From IMG/VR virus record IMGVR_UViG_3300028676_000003, positions 1-64,000 of that record: DNA of 64,000 bases; one strand, given 5' to 3'. A model generated the notes under the pieces. The model saw only the letters and a list, made by a program, of their open reading frames with translations, was not told the DNA's origin and did not search any database. Positions 51,344 through 59,883 of this stretch are shown in pieces (within the stretch, counting starts at the first letter, position 1; every line of letters begins with the position of its first letter). A program made the translations under genes and the position numbers.

Positions 51344-52177
51344 ATGAACACAGAAAACACATCAACACCAATTCAAAACAACTCTAAGCTAGTTGAATTT
51401 TTACCAAACGTAACAGGCGATAAGTACCAACGTTTAAACACAAATCGTGTAGTAGATGAAGCACACGTAAGACAATTAATCGAAAGCTTTACACGCTTCG
51501 GAACCGCTGGAGCAAATGTAATTGTAATCAAAACAAAAGCATTCGGAAACGGCAAAAAATATGAGTACCTAAAGTTAGACGGTCAACACACCGTGGAAGC
51601 TTGCAACCGCATCGATTTGCCTTATAACGTGTTAGTAGTTGAATTGCTAAATGATACACGTTTAGAAGTTACTTTGTTTATGTCAGCATTAAACAACAAC
51701 AAAAAAGCTTGGAGCAATAAAGTTTTTGTTAATGCATTCTTAAACACAAACGAAATCGAATCTTATATCGAATTGGCCGAACTGCTAAAAAATAGTAAGT
51801 TAACACTTACAGATATCCTTCACATCTTTTTGGGTAACGCTGGCCGTGTTGAAAACAATTTATTTCGTGAAGGTTTATTCACGTTTGATAAAATGGACGA
51901 TGGAAAAGAGCTTTTACAAGCTACTACAAAGGTATGGGATTTTATTCCAAACTCAGCACCTTGCAGACGTAGCCTATTTAAAGTTATGCGTATCGTAAAG
52001 GATTTTGATGTTTTTGCCGATGCAATTATAGCAAAAAGCCAAGAGGGACAAAAAGGAAAATTCACAACTGACGAAACAACGTTTTTCTATGAGTTGGAGA
52101 AGCTTGCAAAAGAAACCTTTAAAGGGCAAACGTTTGATTTTCCTAAAAAGAAAAAAGCGAAAGCAGTAACAAAATAA
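51344..52177 (+). CDS. ParB/Srx-like N-terminal domain protein (DGQH type)
   Basis: NRVVDEAHVRQLIESF...KLDGQHTVEAC...MSALNNNKKAWS. Confidence 0.65.
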   Translation: MNTENTSTPIQNNSKLVEFLPNVTGDKYQRLNTNRVVDEAHVRQLIESFTRFGTAGANVIVIKTKAFGNGKKYEYLKLDGQHTVEACNRIDLPYNVLVVELLNDTRLEVTLFMSALNNNKKAWSNKVFVNAFLNTNEIESYIELAELLKNSKLTLTDILHIFLGNAGRVENNLFREGLFTFDKMDDGKELLQATTKVWDFIPNSAPCRRSLFKVMRIVKDFDVFADAIIAKSQEGQKGKFTTDETTFFYELEKLAKETFKGQTFDFPKKKKAKAVTK

Positions 52178-52272
52178 AAACTTTTAAGTTTTAGTGAAAA
52201 TAACCCGTCATTTATTTGGTGGGTTATTTTTTTATACCTATATTTGTCTTATCAAACTAAAACACACACATT

Positions 52273-52548
52273 ATGCTATTCGAATTCCCTACTCTAGTTT
52301 TTCCAAACGATTACAAAGAAGACTTTGAAACGTTTTATGTAAGAAGCACAAAACCTATTACAAAGGTAGAGTTTGTACGCTATGAAGACGCTCTTATCTA
52401 TTTAAATGAGATAATCAAAAACAATGATAATTGCGACAATTATACAATTGATGGTTATAGCACTATATTAGGATTGCAAACAATCAGCTACGTAGACGAA
52501 AAGAACGTTATTCCTTATGGATTCATTCCATCAAACCAAGGCTATTAA
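52273..52548 (+). CDS. hypothetical protein, paralog of 49864-50124
   Basis: See 49864. Confidence 0.75.
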   Translation: MLFEFPTLVFPNDYKEDFETFYVRSTKPITKVEFVRYEDALIYLNEIIKNNDNCDNYTIDGYSTILGLQTISYVDEKNVIPYGFIPSNQGY

Positions 52549-52567
52549 TCATATAAATTTATATAAA

Positions 52568-52828
52568 ATGGAAAGAAACTCAATTTGGCAAAGCAACGGG
52601 ATAACATTTGGTTATCCTCAATGCTGTATAGATTCATTTTGCACTACTCACGGCTTTATGAATGCTGACGAAAATCAAAGAACTGTAGTGCAAAACGGCT
52701 TCGGGTTTATACCTTGTGCAACGCATGCAAAACAGATACTTAACAACGAAATAACAATTGAAAGTCTTATAAAGAATCGTGACCCTGAAATTAACGATTT
52801 TCCAAACGACCAACTAAGAAAACGATAA
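52568..52828 (+). CDS. Cys-containing hypothetical protein
   Basis: FGYPQCCIDSF...GFIPCATHA. Confidence 0.7.
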   Translation: MERNSIWQSNGITFGYPQCCIDSFCTTHGFMNADENQRTVVQNGFGFIPCATHAKQILNNEITIESLIKNRDPEINDFPNDQLRKR

Positions 52829-52849
52829 ACCAAATAAAACTATTTAGTT

Positions 52850-53119
52850 ATGAATACAAATGTAACAACACATCAAATAAATTCAAGTTCTGGACATTCC
52901 AGAGATTGGATTGATGCAGGTTTAACTTATGAGCAACAAAACAACCTAAATACTATAGGTTATACAGGAAGCTTAAACGGTGTTAAAACAAGTCAGGAAG
53001 CCTATTTAGAAAGCATTTCAACTGAAACCGTAGTATATAGACTTGTTCACTTAACATCTAATAATATGGATTTTAGTGATAAAGCTTTATTGATTAAGGT
53101 AGAAATATCAAAAGAATAA
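52850..53119 (+). CDS. hypothetical protein
   Basis: 89 aa, followed by hairpin ACCCTGAT/ATCAGGGT plus T run. Confidence 0.65.
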   Translation: MNTNVTTHQINSSSGHSRDWIDAGLTYEQQNNLNTIGYTGSLNGVKTSQEAYLESISTETVVYRLVHLTSNNMDFSDKALLIKVEISKE

Positions 53120-53239
53120 CGTAAGACCCTGATAATCAACATCAGGGTTTTTTATTTGAAATTATTTTCATTTTATAGTTGGATATATCAAATATAATAC
53201 TATCTTTGCATAGTAATAAGAAACCAACTAAATACACAC

Positions 53240-53587
53240 ATGAAAACACTTACACTTAAAACCGCAAACTCAATTGTTAACTTTTTAGACCTTGCAACAA
53301 CGCCACTAGAACCAATGCAATTGAAACGTAGAATAGTTACTCTAAGAACGTTTATTAATAGATTGATGCGTACACCTCAAAGAATAGAAAACATCGAATT
53401 AAGACCCTTAACAGTTTCAACTGATTATGAAGTTGAAGACGGCAAAGAAACAATCGTACAAACTTACACATCTAAGTTAGGCGGTGTAATCAACACACGT
53501 ATTGAAACTTACAAAAACAAACAAGTTGTAAGAGTATTCGCAAATATAGACAATGTATTCTTAACACGTAAAAACTTTATAGATTAG
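53240..53587 (+). CDS. hypothetical protein
   Basis: After promoter box 53201-53208. Confidence 0.7.
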   Translation: MKTLTLKTANSIVNFLDLATTPLEPMQLKRRIVTLRTFINRLMRTPQRIENIELRPLTVSTDYEVEDGKETIVQTYTSKLGGVINTRIETYKNKQVVRVFANIDNVFLTRKNFID

Positions 53588-53762
53588 TTTTAGTTGGTAG
53601 TGCCAGCAATGGCACGGGATTGAGCGGGGGTTGTGCCCCGCTTATTTTCTAAAGACTAAAATAAATAAAAAAAAAACACTAAAATAATTTGGTAGTATCA
53701 AAATAATTACTATCTTTACAAAGAATTTAAAAACACACATTAATCCAATTAAAACACTACAC

Positions 53763-54101
53763 ATGAACACACAAGCAATTAAAGTTATCACAGTTGATTA
53801 TCCTATTGAAATGACAGTTGATTTTTGCGAAACTGAATTATCATTCGGGAACATTGGAATTATCCAAATCAAAACGGCTGACGACGAAACACCAAAAGGA
53901 ATCCTATTCAACTCACTACTGGACAAACACGATAAAATTAAAGCTATTCAATTGGATGCTTTGGATTATCATAGAGTACTTTATTTTGATATTGAAGTAA
54001 TCAGAATCAAAAATCCTAACTTATCAGCTGAAGACCTTATGCACTTAACAACTGCACATATCACAACTCTTTACAATCAACAATTATTCACTAAAATCTA
54101 A
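53763..54101 (+). CDS. hypothetical protein
   Basis: 112-aa ORF. Confidence 0.7.
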   Translation: MNTQAIKVITVDYPIEMTVDFCETELSFGNIGIIQIKTADDETPKGILFNSLLDKHDKIKAIQLDALDYHRVLYFDIEVIRIKNPNLSAEDLMHLTTAHITTLYNQQLFTKI

Positions 54102-54105
54102 AGAC

Positions 54106-54354
54106 ATGAAAAAGTTATTTGTTCTTACTGTTATGCTCGCTTTGTTTGTCGCTTGTAGCGAATCAAAACCAAAGATTCAAACTAAGATAAACCCGCACCG
54201 CACCGCTTTTAAGCTAAACAATGAAAGTATTGACCTTGGCAAAGATGGAATTGTAACCGCTTCAAATAAGCATACATTTATTATCATTAACAACCTCATG
54301 CCAAACATGAATGTTTTACATGATACGGACTGTAAAAAATGTCATATAAAATAA
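54106..54354 (+). CDS. putative lipoprotein
   Basis: MKKLFVLTVMLALFVAC signal; C-terminal HDTDCKKCH. Confidence 0.7.
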   Translation: MKKLFVLTVMLALFVACSESKPKIQTKINPHRTAFKLNNESIDLGKDGIVTASNKHTFIIINNLMPNMNVLHDTDCKKCHIK

Positions 54355-54431
54355 TTTGAAAATAACCTATCATTTATTTGGTAGGTTATTTTTTTATACC
54401 TATCTTTACGAAGTATTTAAAAACCAATACT

Positions 54432-54713
54432 ATGAACTATAAAGGCGGTATCAAATTAGCTTATAAAGCATTTGAACAAGATTTAAAGAACTGCAAAGAC
54501 TATCAACAATTTAAAGCCGATGCAATTCGAATCGAGTATGAAGATAGACTTTTGAGAGAATCACAAAATCCTTACGAACTAAATTTAATCGACCCGATTT
54601 ATGTTTTACAACCCGTTGAAATTACTGTTTATTATAGAGTACCTGAAATAGATACAAAAGAAACAAGGCACTTAAACAGAAAGTTATTCACTAAACTAAA
54701 TAAATCTATATGA
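54432..54713 (+). CDS. hypothetical protein
   Basis: ATG start MNYKG. Confidence 0.65.
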   Translation: MNYKGGIKLAYKAFEQDLKNCKDYQQFKADAIRIEYEDRLLRESQNPYELNLIDPIYVLQPVEITVYYRVPEIDTKETRHLNRKLFTKLNKSI

Positions 54714-54838
54714 GAACTCTAACACTATCATTAAAAGCTTTTACAGAAATGCTATCAGGTTTAATCATTTCGGGCGTAACGTTTGAAGCTGAGGAAAAAG
54801 ACGGAATTGTACATATTACATTTACAGGCGGTTATTAA
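54710..54838 (+). CDS. 42-aa hypothetical protein
   Basis: Starts in the junction repeat; ATGA coupled. Confidence 0.55.
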   Translation: MRTLTLSLKAFTEMLSGLIISGVTFEAEEKDGIVHITFTGGY

Positions 54839-54862
54839 TCAATCTAAATAAAACTATATAAA

Positions 54863-55417
54863 ATGTTAGACAATAGTATATTAAGCGTAGGAACAATTTC
54901 AATCTTAAAAGATTTTGGTATTACAACCGTTGAACAGTTGCAAAATGCAACGCTTCCAAAAGTAGGGAACAAATCTCATATATATGCAACTAATAAGTTT
55001 AAACAAAGAAACTTAAATGAGATAAACGAATATTTAAACATTCTTAAATTTTCGCCTTATTTCGGAAAACAAATAAAAGTAACACTTGAACGTTTTACGG
55101 GCGTTTCTTTTTATAATGTAATTGGGTTTGATTCAAACAATGATATTCTTTTACAAACAATAAAAGGAACTCTAACAAAAACAAAAAAACCGTTTTCAGT
55201 TGATAAACTTTGGTTCGATACTGAGTTAACAGGTCGTAACATCGAAATATTAAATAAACCAATTGAGGGAGAAACTTACAGAGCTATTGGCGATTGTGGT
55301 ATGACAAAAGATATTGAAGTTGAAGGAGTTTTAAGCATTGAGGACGGCACATATTTGTTAACCAATAGATTTCAAAGAATATTTTCGGTTAACACTAAAA
55401 CCCTTAAATTAATTTAG
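54863..55417 (+). CDS. hypothetical protein
   Basis: 184-aa ORF. Confidence 0.7.
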   Translation: MLDNSILSVGTISILKDFGITTVEQLQNATLPKVGNKSHIYATNKFKQRNLNEINEYLNILKFSPYFGKQIKVTLERFTGVSFYNVIGFDSNNDILLQTIKGTLTKTKKPFSVDKLWFDTELTGRNIEILNKPIEGETYRAIGDCGMTKDIEVEGVLSIEDGTYLLTNRFQRIFSVNTKTLKLI

Positions 55418-55471
55418 TTATAAAATAAATGAGATTATCTTTGTAGTCTCATTCTCTTTTTTTATCTTTAC

Positions 55472-55520
55472 ACCGTAATACAGAGCAACCGACGAGGTGA
55501 GACGTAGACTCCAACCTACA
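55472..55520 (+). ncRNA. putative small RNA, GTAGACTCC family copy c
   Basis: TATCTTTA box 55463-55470; GAGACGTAG-ACTCCAAC-CTAC; no ORF. Confidence 0.5.
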
Positions 55521-55650
55521 ACAAAATAAAAATGTAGGAATTTCTGAGCAAATGTTAAAGTTTTAAAAATTCATATAAATTTATTTGGATATCTAAATAT
55601 TATTCCTATCTTTGTAGAGCAATAAAGCAATAACCATTAAATCACACATC

Positions 55651-56634
55651 ATGCAAGTAGTACACAACGCAGTAAGCCAACAAGAAGCAGTTAACGCAAA
55701 TTTAGCTAAAATCGAAAAACAATTATTTGAAGTAGTTAAAGTTCCTTTGGTTGCTCTACCTAATTGGACAATCAGACAATTTTTAAGCAATCCTAAAGCA
55801 ATGTTTATCGATTGGTTACGTAATCCATTTTATAAATCTCCTGTAGAGTTATACGGTGTTTACAGAAAAACAGGCGGTTCTTCATTAGGTGTTATGGGTT
55901 CGCAATTCGTTCCAATGCAACCAAAAGAGTTTTATAACAATATTGTTGCAACTGTTAACGAGTTTGGAGCTGATTTGGACTTAACAACACTACAATTTAA
56001 AGAGTATTGCGGTGGTTCAAAGATTGAGTTTTCAATCAAAATGTATCCTTTAAGCTTTAAAAATGATAAAGGATTGAATGACGTTACTAACTTAGAGGTT
56101 ACATTTTCAACTTCTTTTGACGGTTCAAAATCTAATGTAATAAGCCTTTATACTGAAAGATTAGTTTGTTTAAATGGTATGGTTGCAAACAAATTGCAAG
56201 GAACACTAAAAGGACGTAACACACTTAACGGAAAAGCAAAGATACTTTCTTACACAAAAGAACTTGCCGAAATAGTAAACGGTGCAAACGAATTTAAGGA
56301 AAAAATGGAAGCATTAGACAAAATAAAGCTTTCTAAGGAACAAATTGAAACGTTTAAACTATCTTTATTAGGTTTTAATAGAGAATCGCTTAAAACAAGC
56401 GAAAAAGCAGAAACACGCAAACATACAATGCTTGACGAACTTGACGAAGCTATTAACATCGAGTTTGAAAGAACAGGACAAACGGCTTTTGGATTGTTGC
56501 AAGGTGTAACGTATTATACAAATCACATGGCGAACACCAGCAAAACAATTTCTGATTCTGAATATATCAGATTTAACCAAGGCTTTAAAACCAACGAAAA
56601 AGCTCAAGAAATCCTTTTCGAATTGGTTGCATAA
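55651..56634 (+). CDS. DUF932-family protein
   Basis: STSFDGSKS...ERLVCLNG...FGLLQGVTYYTNH. Confidence 0.8.
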   Translation: MQVVHNAVSQQEAVNANLAKIEKQLFEVVKVPLVALPNWTIRQFLSNPKAMFIDWLRNPFYKSPVELYGVYRKTGGSSLGVMGSQFVPMQPKEFYNNIVATVNEFGADLDLTTLQFKEYCGGSKIEFSIKMYPLSFKNDKGLNDVTNLEVTFSTSFDGSKSNVISLYTERLVCLNGMVANKLQGTLKGRNTLNGKAKILSYTKELAEIVNGANEFKEKMEALDKIKLSKEQIETFKLSLLGFNRESLKTSEKAETRKHTMLDELDEAINIEFERTGQTAFGLLQGVTYYTNHMANTSKTISDSEYIRFNQGFKTNEKAQEILFELVA

Positions 56635-56643
56635 ACAGAGGTT

Positions 56644-56670
56644 AACCCCTCTTAAATGAGGGGTTTATCT
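56644..56670 (+). terminator. intrinsic terminator
   Basis: AACCCCTC-TTAAAT-GAGGGGTT. Confidence 0.7.
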
Positions 56671-56764
56671 TTTCTTAACAAAACTTTAACACTTTTAAAT
56701 TTGCAGGATTCAATTAAATAACTATCTTTGACAAAGAATTAATAACCATTTAAAACACAGCATT

Positions 56765-56962
56765 ATGAATACAACTACAGTTGATAATTGGGAAGGCTTT
56801 TTAGTTATACTTGGTGCAATGATAGCAGTTGCATACTATAGTGATTTAATAGGCTCAGTATTAAGAAAAGAGATTACAAAACACAGATTTTTTGTAGGGT
56901 TAATCCCTTTTATGGTTTGGGTTTTAATCTTCTTAGAACAATTTGAACAATTAGAAAAATAA
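56765..56962 (+). CDS. small membrane protein
   Basis: Two TM helices; promoter box 56723-56730. Confidence 0.65.
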   Translation: MNTTTVDNWEGFLVILGAMIAVAYYSDLIGSVLRKEITKHRFFVGLIPFMVWVLIFLEQFEQLEK

Positions 56963-56990
56963 ATTATATAATCAACTAAAACACTAAAAA

Positions 56991-57614
56991 ATGGAAACTT
57001 CAAAAACTTTCAGCAATGCCGAAAAACAATTAGAATTAATCAACTTCTTAGAGGCGTTTTTGCCTTCGGTTGATAGTGCAATCCCTACAGAAATAAACGA
57101 GGGCGGTTGCGGAATATTCGCAAAGCATTTATATTTAAACCTCTTAACTCTAGGTTTAGAAAACACGTTCGAAATTTATTATCTATCTGACAAAGATATG
57201 TTAAAAGATTTGAACTACACAATCCAAAATAACAAAATCAAAAATCAGCACGTTGGAATACAGCACTGTTTTGTTAAGATTAACGACTTTATTTTTGTAG
57301 ATAGTAAAGGTGTTGAGGTATCGCCTGTTTTGGTCACAAAAGGCTCAAAAGAGATGTTTACGGGAACAATCAGCATTGAAGCGTTACAAACTCTTATCGA
57401 TAACGATGGTTCGTGGAATGACGTTTTTGACCGTGATTGTGAGGAGCAAATAAAAACGGAATTGGGTAAAATGAAAGAAAAGTTTGAGAACTTTCTTACA
57501 AACGGTACTCTTGACGTTGAAATGCAACACGATATAAGACTAACTAAAAAAACCGTTAAGGCTAAAAAAGCTATGATGTGCGGGGGTTTAGCGGGTTTAT
57601 TTGGTAGAATGTAA
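56991..57614 (+). CDS. putative papain/transglutaminase-like fold protein
   Basis: GGCGIFA, HCFV and VDSKG give a Cys-His-Asp order. Confidence 0.45.
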   Translation: METSKTFSNAEKQLELINFLEAFLPSVDSAIPTEINEGGCGIFAKHLYLNLLTLGLENTFEIYYLSDKDMLKDLNYTIQNNKIKNQHVGIQHCFVKINDFIFVDSKGVEVSPVLVTKGSKEMFTGTISIEALQTLIDNDGSWNDVFDRDCEEQIKTELGKMKEKFENFLTNGTLDVEMQHDIRLTKKTVKAKKAMMCGGLAGLFGRM

Positions 57615-57698
57615 AAATAAATGCTTTTTTATTAGGATATAAGAAAGTAAATATATATCTTTGACAAGAAATTAATATTAACCACTAAAACCAACACA

Positions 57699-58049
57699 AT
57701 GAAAAAAATCGTTAATGTAACAGCAATCAATCACAGAATCAATTCGATTGCTAGAGTTATTCTTACTAATTTGAATATTAGTAAAGTTGTATGTGACCAT
57801 TTATTGGACGAAAAACATACAAGTGTGCATCGTATGATTGCAGGGAGTTTTATTATGTCTGTAGGCGTAGGAATCAGTAAAATTCATGTTACAATGGTGG
57901 TTATTCACTTTTTGTTAGATGGTGTTGGTTATGCTATTCACGGAATCGGTTTAATCCCTTACGTTGAATCGTTATCTAAATATGCTCAGCATTTAAACGA
58001 TACGGTTTGCGAAAAGGTAGAAACAAAAGAAGACGAAAGCCCTCATTAA
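57699..58049 (+). CDS. membrane-associated hypothetical protein
   Basis: Gly/His-rich hydrophobic segments. Confidence 0.65.
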   Translation: MKKIVNVTAINHRINSIARVILTNLNISKVVCDHLLDEKHTSVHRMIAGSFIMSVGVGISKIHVTMVVIHFLLDGVGYAIHGIGLIPYVESLSKYAQHLNDTVCEKVETKEDESPH

Positions 58050-58172
58050 CAGGGCTTTCAACTTCAAACCGAAAAATAATTAAAAAAATAAATGTTAAAA
58101 AATTAGGTTATAACAAACTATTATAATATCTTTACCAAAGAAATTAATACCAACTATAAACACACACACAAT

Positions 58173-58376
58173 ATGAAAACAGTTATCAAATTATTATTCG
58201 TAATCGTAGGCGTTACAATAATTTCAAATGTATCTTATGTAGTTTTTGACTACTTTTTAAATACTAGCGTAATCCTTTATCTTGCAATTGCCGTAACGCT
58301 TTTCGTTGCATACAAAGGAATCAAAGCGGACTTAACAAAAAAAGACCACCACAAAGAAAAAAATAATGCTTTTTAA
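58173..58376 (+). CDS. small membrane protein
   Basis: Two TM helices. Confidence 0.7.
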   Translation: MKTVIKLLFVIVGVTIISNVSYVVFDYFLNTSVILYLAIAVTLFVAYKGIKADLTKKDHHKEKNNAF

Positions 58377-58445
58377 TTTGGTAGTTCCAATTTAATTTTA
58401 TATCTTTACAAAGAATTTAAAACGAACCCTTAAAAATTACACATC

Positions 58446-59003
58446 ATGTCAAAAGTAGTACACCTTACAGAAAAAGAATTAGGCGCAATCCTTCAAAACG
58501 TTGAAACAGTTCACGGAGTACCAAGCTTTGCAAGCGTATTGCAAGCTACAAAACCAAAATGTACAGTTAAAAGCCGTACAACTGGACTACCAAACCCTTA
58601 TACAAACATCTTGAAATATTCTTACGTTTCAATCTTGTTAAATTCAGATTACGAAAAAGCCGTAACAAACCAATTAGCAAAAGAGGGCAAAGAAGCTGAC
58701 GAGTACGAAAGAGGTAAAAATACAATGCCGTTGGATTTCTCAGGCTCAAAAAATCAATTCTTAGGCACTTTTAATGACGAGTTTGTATTGCAGTACCGCC
58801 CAAACGATAACGTTAAACCAAAGGTGTTCTATGTGGCTGACGGGATGCAAAAGGACAAAGAAGACCTTAAAGATTTTCTTCCATTGGACAAACCAAAAGC
58901 AGAAAACCAAGGAACTGAACGCCAAATCTTTTGGAATAAGGTTTATTTAAAAAACATAGTTGAATTAACTTACAATGGAACAATTTATAAATTGTTAAGA
59001 TAA
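58446..59003 (+). CDS. hypothetical phage protein
   Basis: 185-aa ORF. Confidence 0.75.
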   Translation: MSKVVHLTEKELGAILQNVETVHGVPSFASVLQATKPKCTVKSRTTGLPNPYTNILKYSYVSILLNSDYEKAVTNQLAKEGKEADEYERGKNTMPLDFSGSKNQFLGTFNDEFVLQYRPNDNVKPKVFYVADGMQKDKEDLKDFLPLDKPKAENQGTERQIFWNKVYLKNIVELTYNGTIYKLLR

Positions 59004-59092
59004 TAGAAAATTTAACATAAAAGATTAGGATAATAGAAATGTTATCCTTATCTTTGTTTAAGAAATAAGTTAGTAATCTAAATCAACCCATC

Positions 59093-59182
59093 ATGAAAAG
59101 ACAAGCGAGCGTAGGAATGTTTAATTTATATGTAGTATTATTATTTGTAGCCGCATACGCATTAGTATGGTACACGTCGTAG
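59093..59182 (+). CDS. 29-aa single-TM microprotein
   Basis: MKRQASVGMFNLYVVLLFVAAYALVWYTS*; promoter box 59049-59056. Confidence 0.55.
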   Translation: MKRQASVGMFNLYVVLLFVAAYALVWYTS

Positions 59183-59365
59183 GATAAGCCCTACGACGGG
59201 AGTACCCCCTACGTACCCCTCCCCCCGTTACCCCCCTCTATAGACCCCCCCGTGTGCCACCTGAAAGGGCCATATGGTCACATTCGCTAAATTTTTTTGG
59301 TAAATTTTTGACCTAAAATATAAGACACCCCCTTTTTCAAAAAATTATTTTTGGAAATTTTTTCA
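59175..59365. other. GC-rich non-coding island with C-runs and A/T tracts
   Basis: 9-bp hairpin 59175-59198; C5/C4/C6/C6/C7 runs 59205-59251; then AAATTTTT tracts. Confidence 0.6.
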
Positions 59366-59427
59366 TCTTAGATTCTAGACCACTTGCCTTTATCAAAAAC
59401 ATTCAGTACCTTTGTATAAAAATATAC

Positions 59428-59820
59428 ATGGTAGAAAAATATATCATCGACACAACAAACTACACTGGCAGATGCCCTGAGTGTGATGCCGATTGGGACC
59501 TAGGAGAAGCCCCTGACGTATGGCTTAAGACCAATGAAACAAGCGTTCCAAAAGAAATAGCTAGACTACTAGCTGAGAAGGATTCTAGACTAAGGGGCTG
59601 GACCCCTGAGAATAAGATGCATGTAAGCAGTCTTATTACAATAGAGAATTCTGATAACTTCCTTTTTGATACGACACAGTATTATCAATGTACTTGTTGT
59701 GAAATTGCTTGGAAAAAAGACACTGGAGAAAGAACGGATTTATTTAAGATTCCTCCTTATATGAAAATGAGTCATGATGATAAAATAGCATTTATTACAA
59801 AAAATTTTAAAAAAGACTAG
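59428..59820 (+). CDS. Zn-finger-like hypothetical protein
   Basis: CPEC...YQCTCCEIAW; promoter box 59407-59414. Confidence 0.65.
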   Translation: MVEKYIIDTTNYTGRCPECDADWDLGEAPDVWLKTNETSVPKEIARLLAEKDSRLRGWTPENKMHVSSLITIENSDNFLFDTTQYYQCTCCEIAWKKDTGERTDLFKIPPYMKMSHDDKIAFITKNFKKD

Positions 59821-59883
59821 GATATGTAAAATATTCTTTTTACCTTTGTACTCTAATATTTAAATAAACTAAAAAATAATCTT

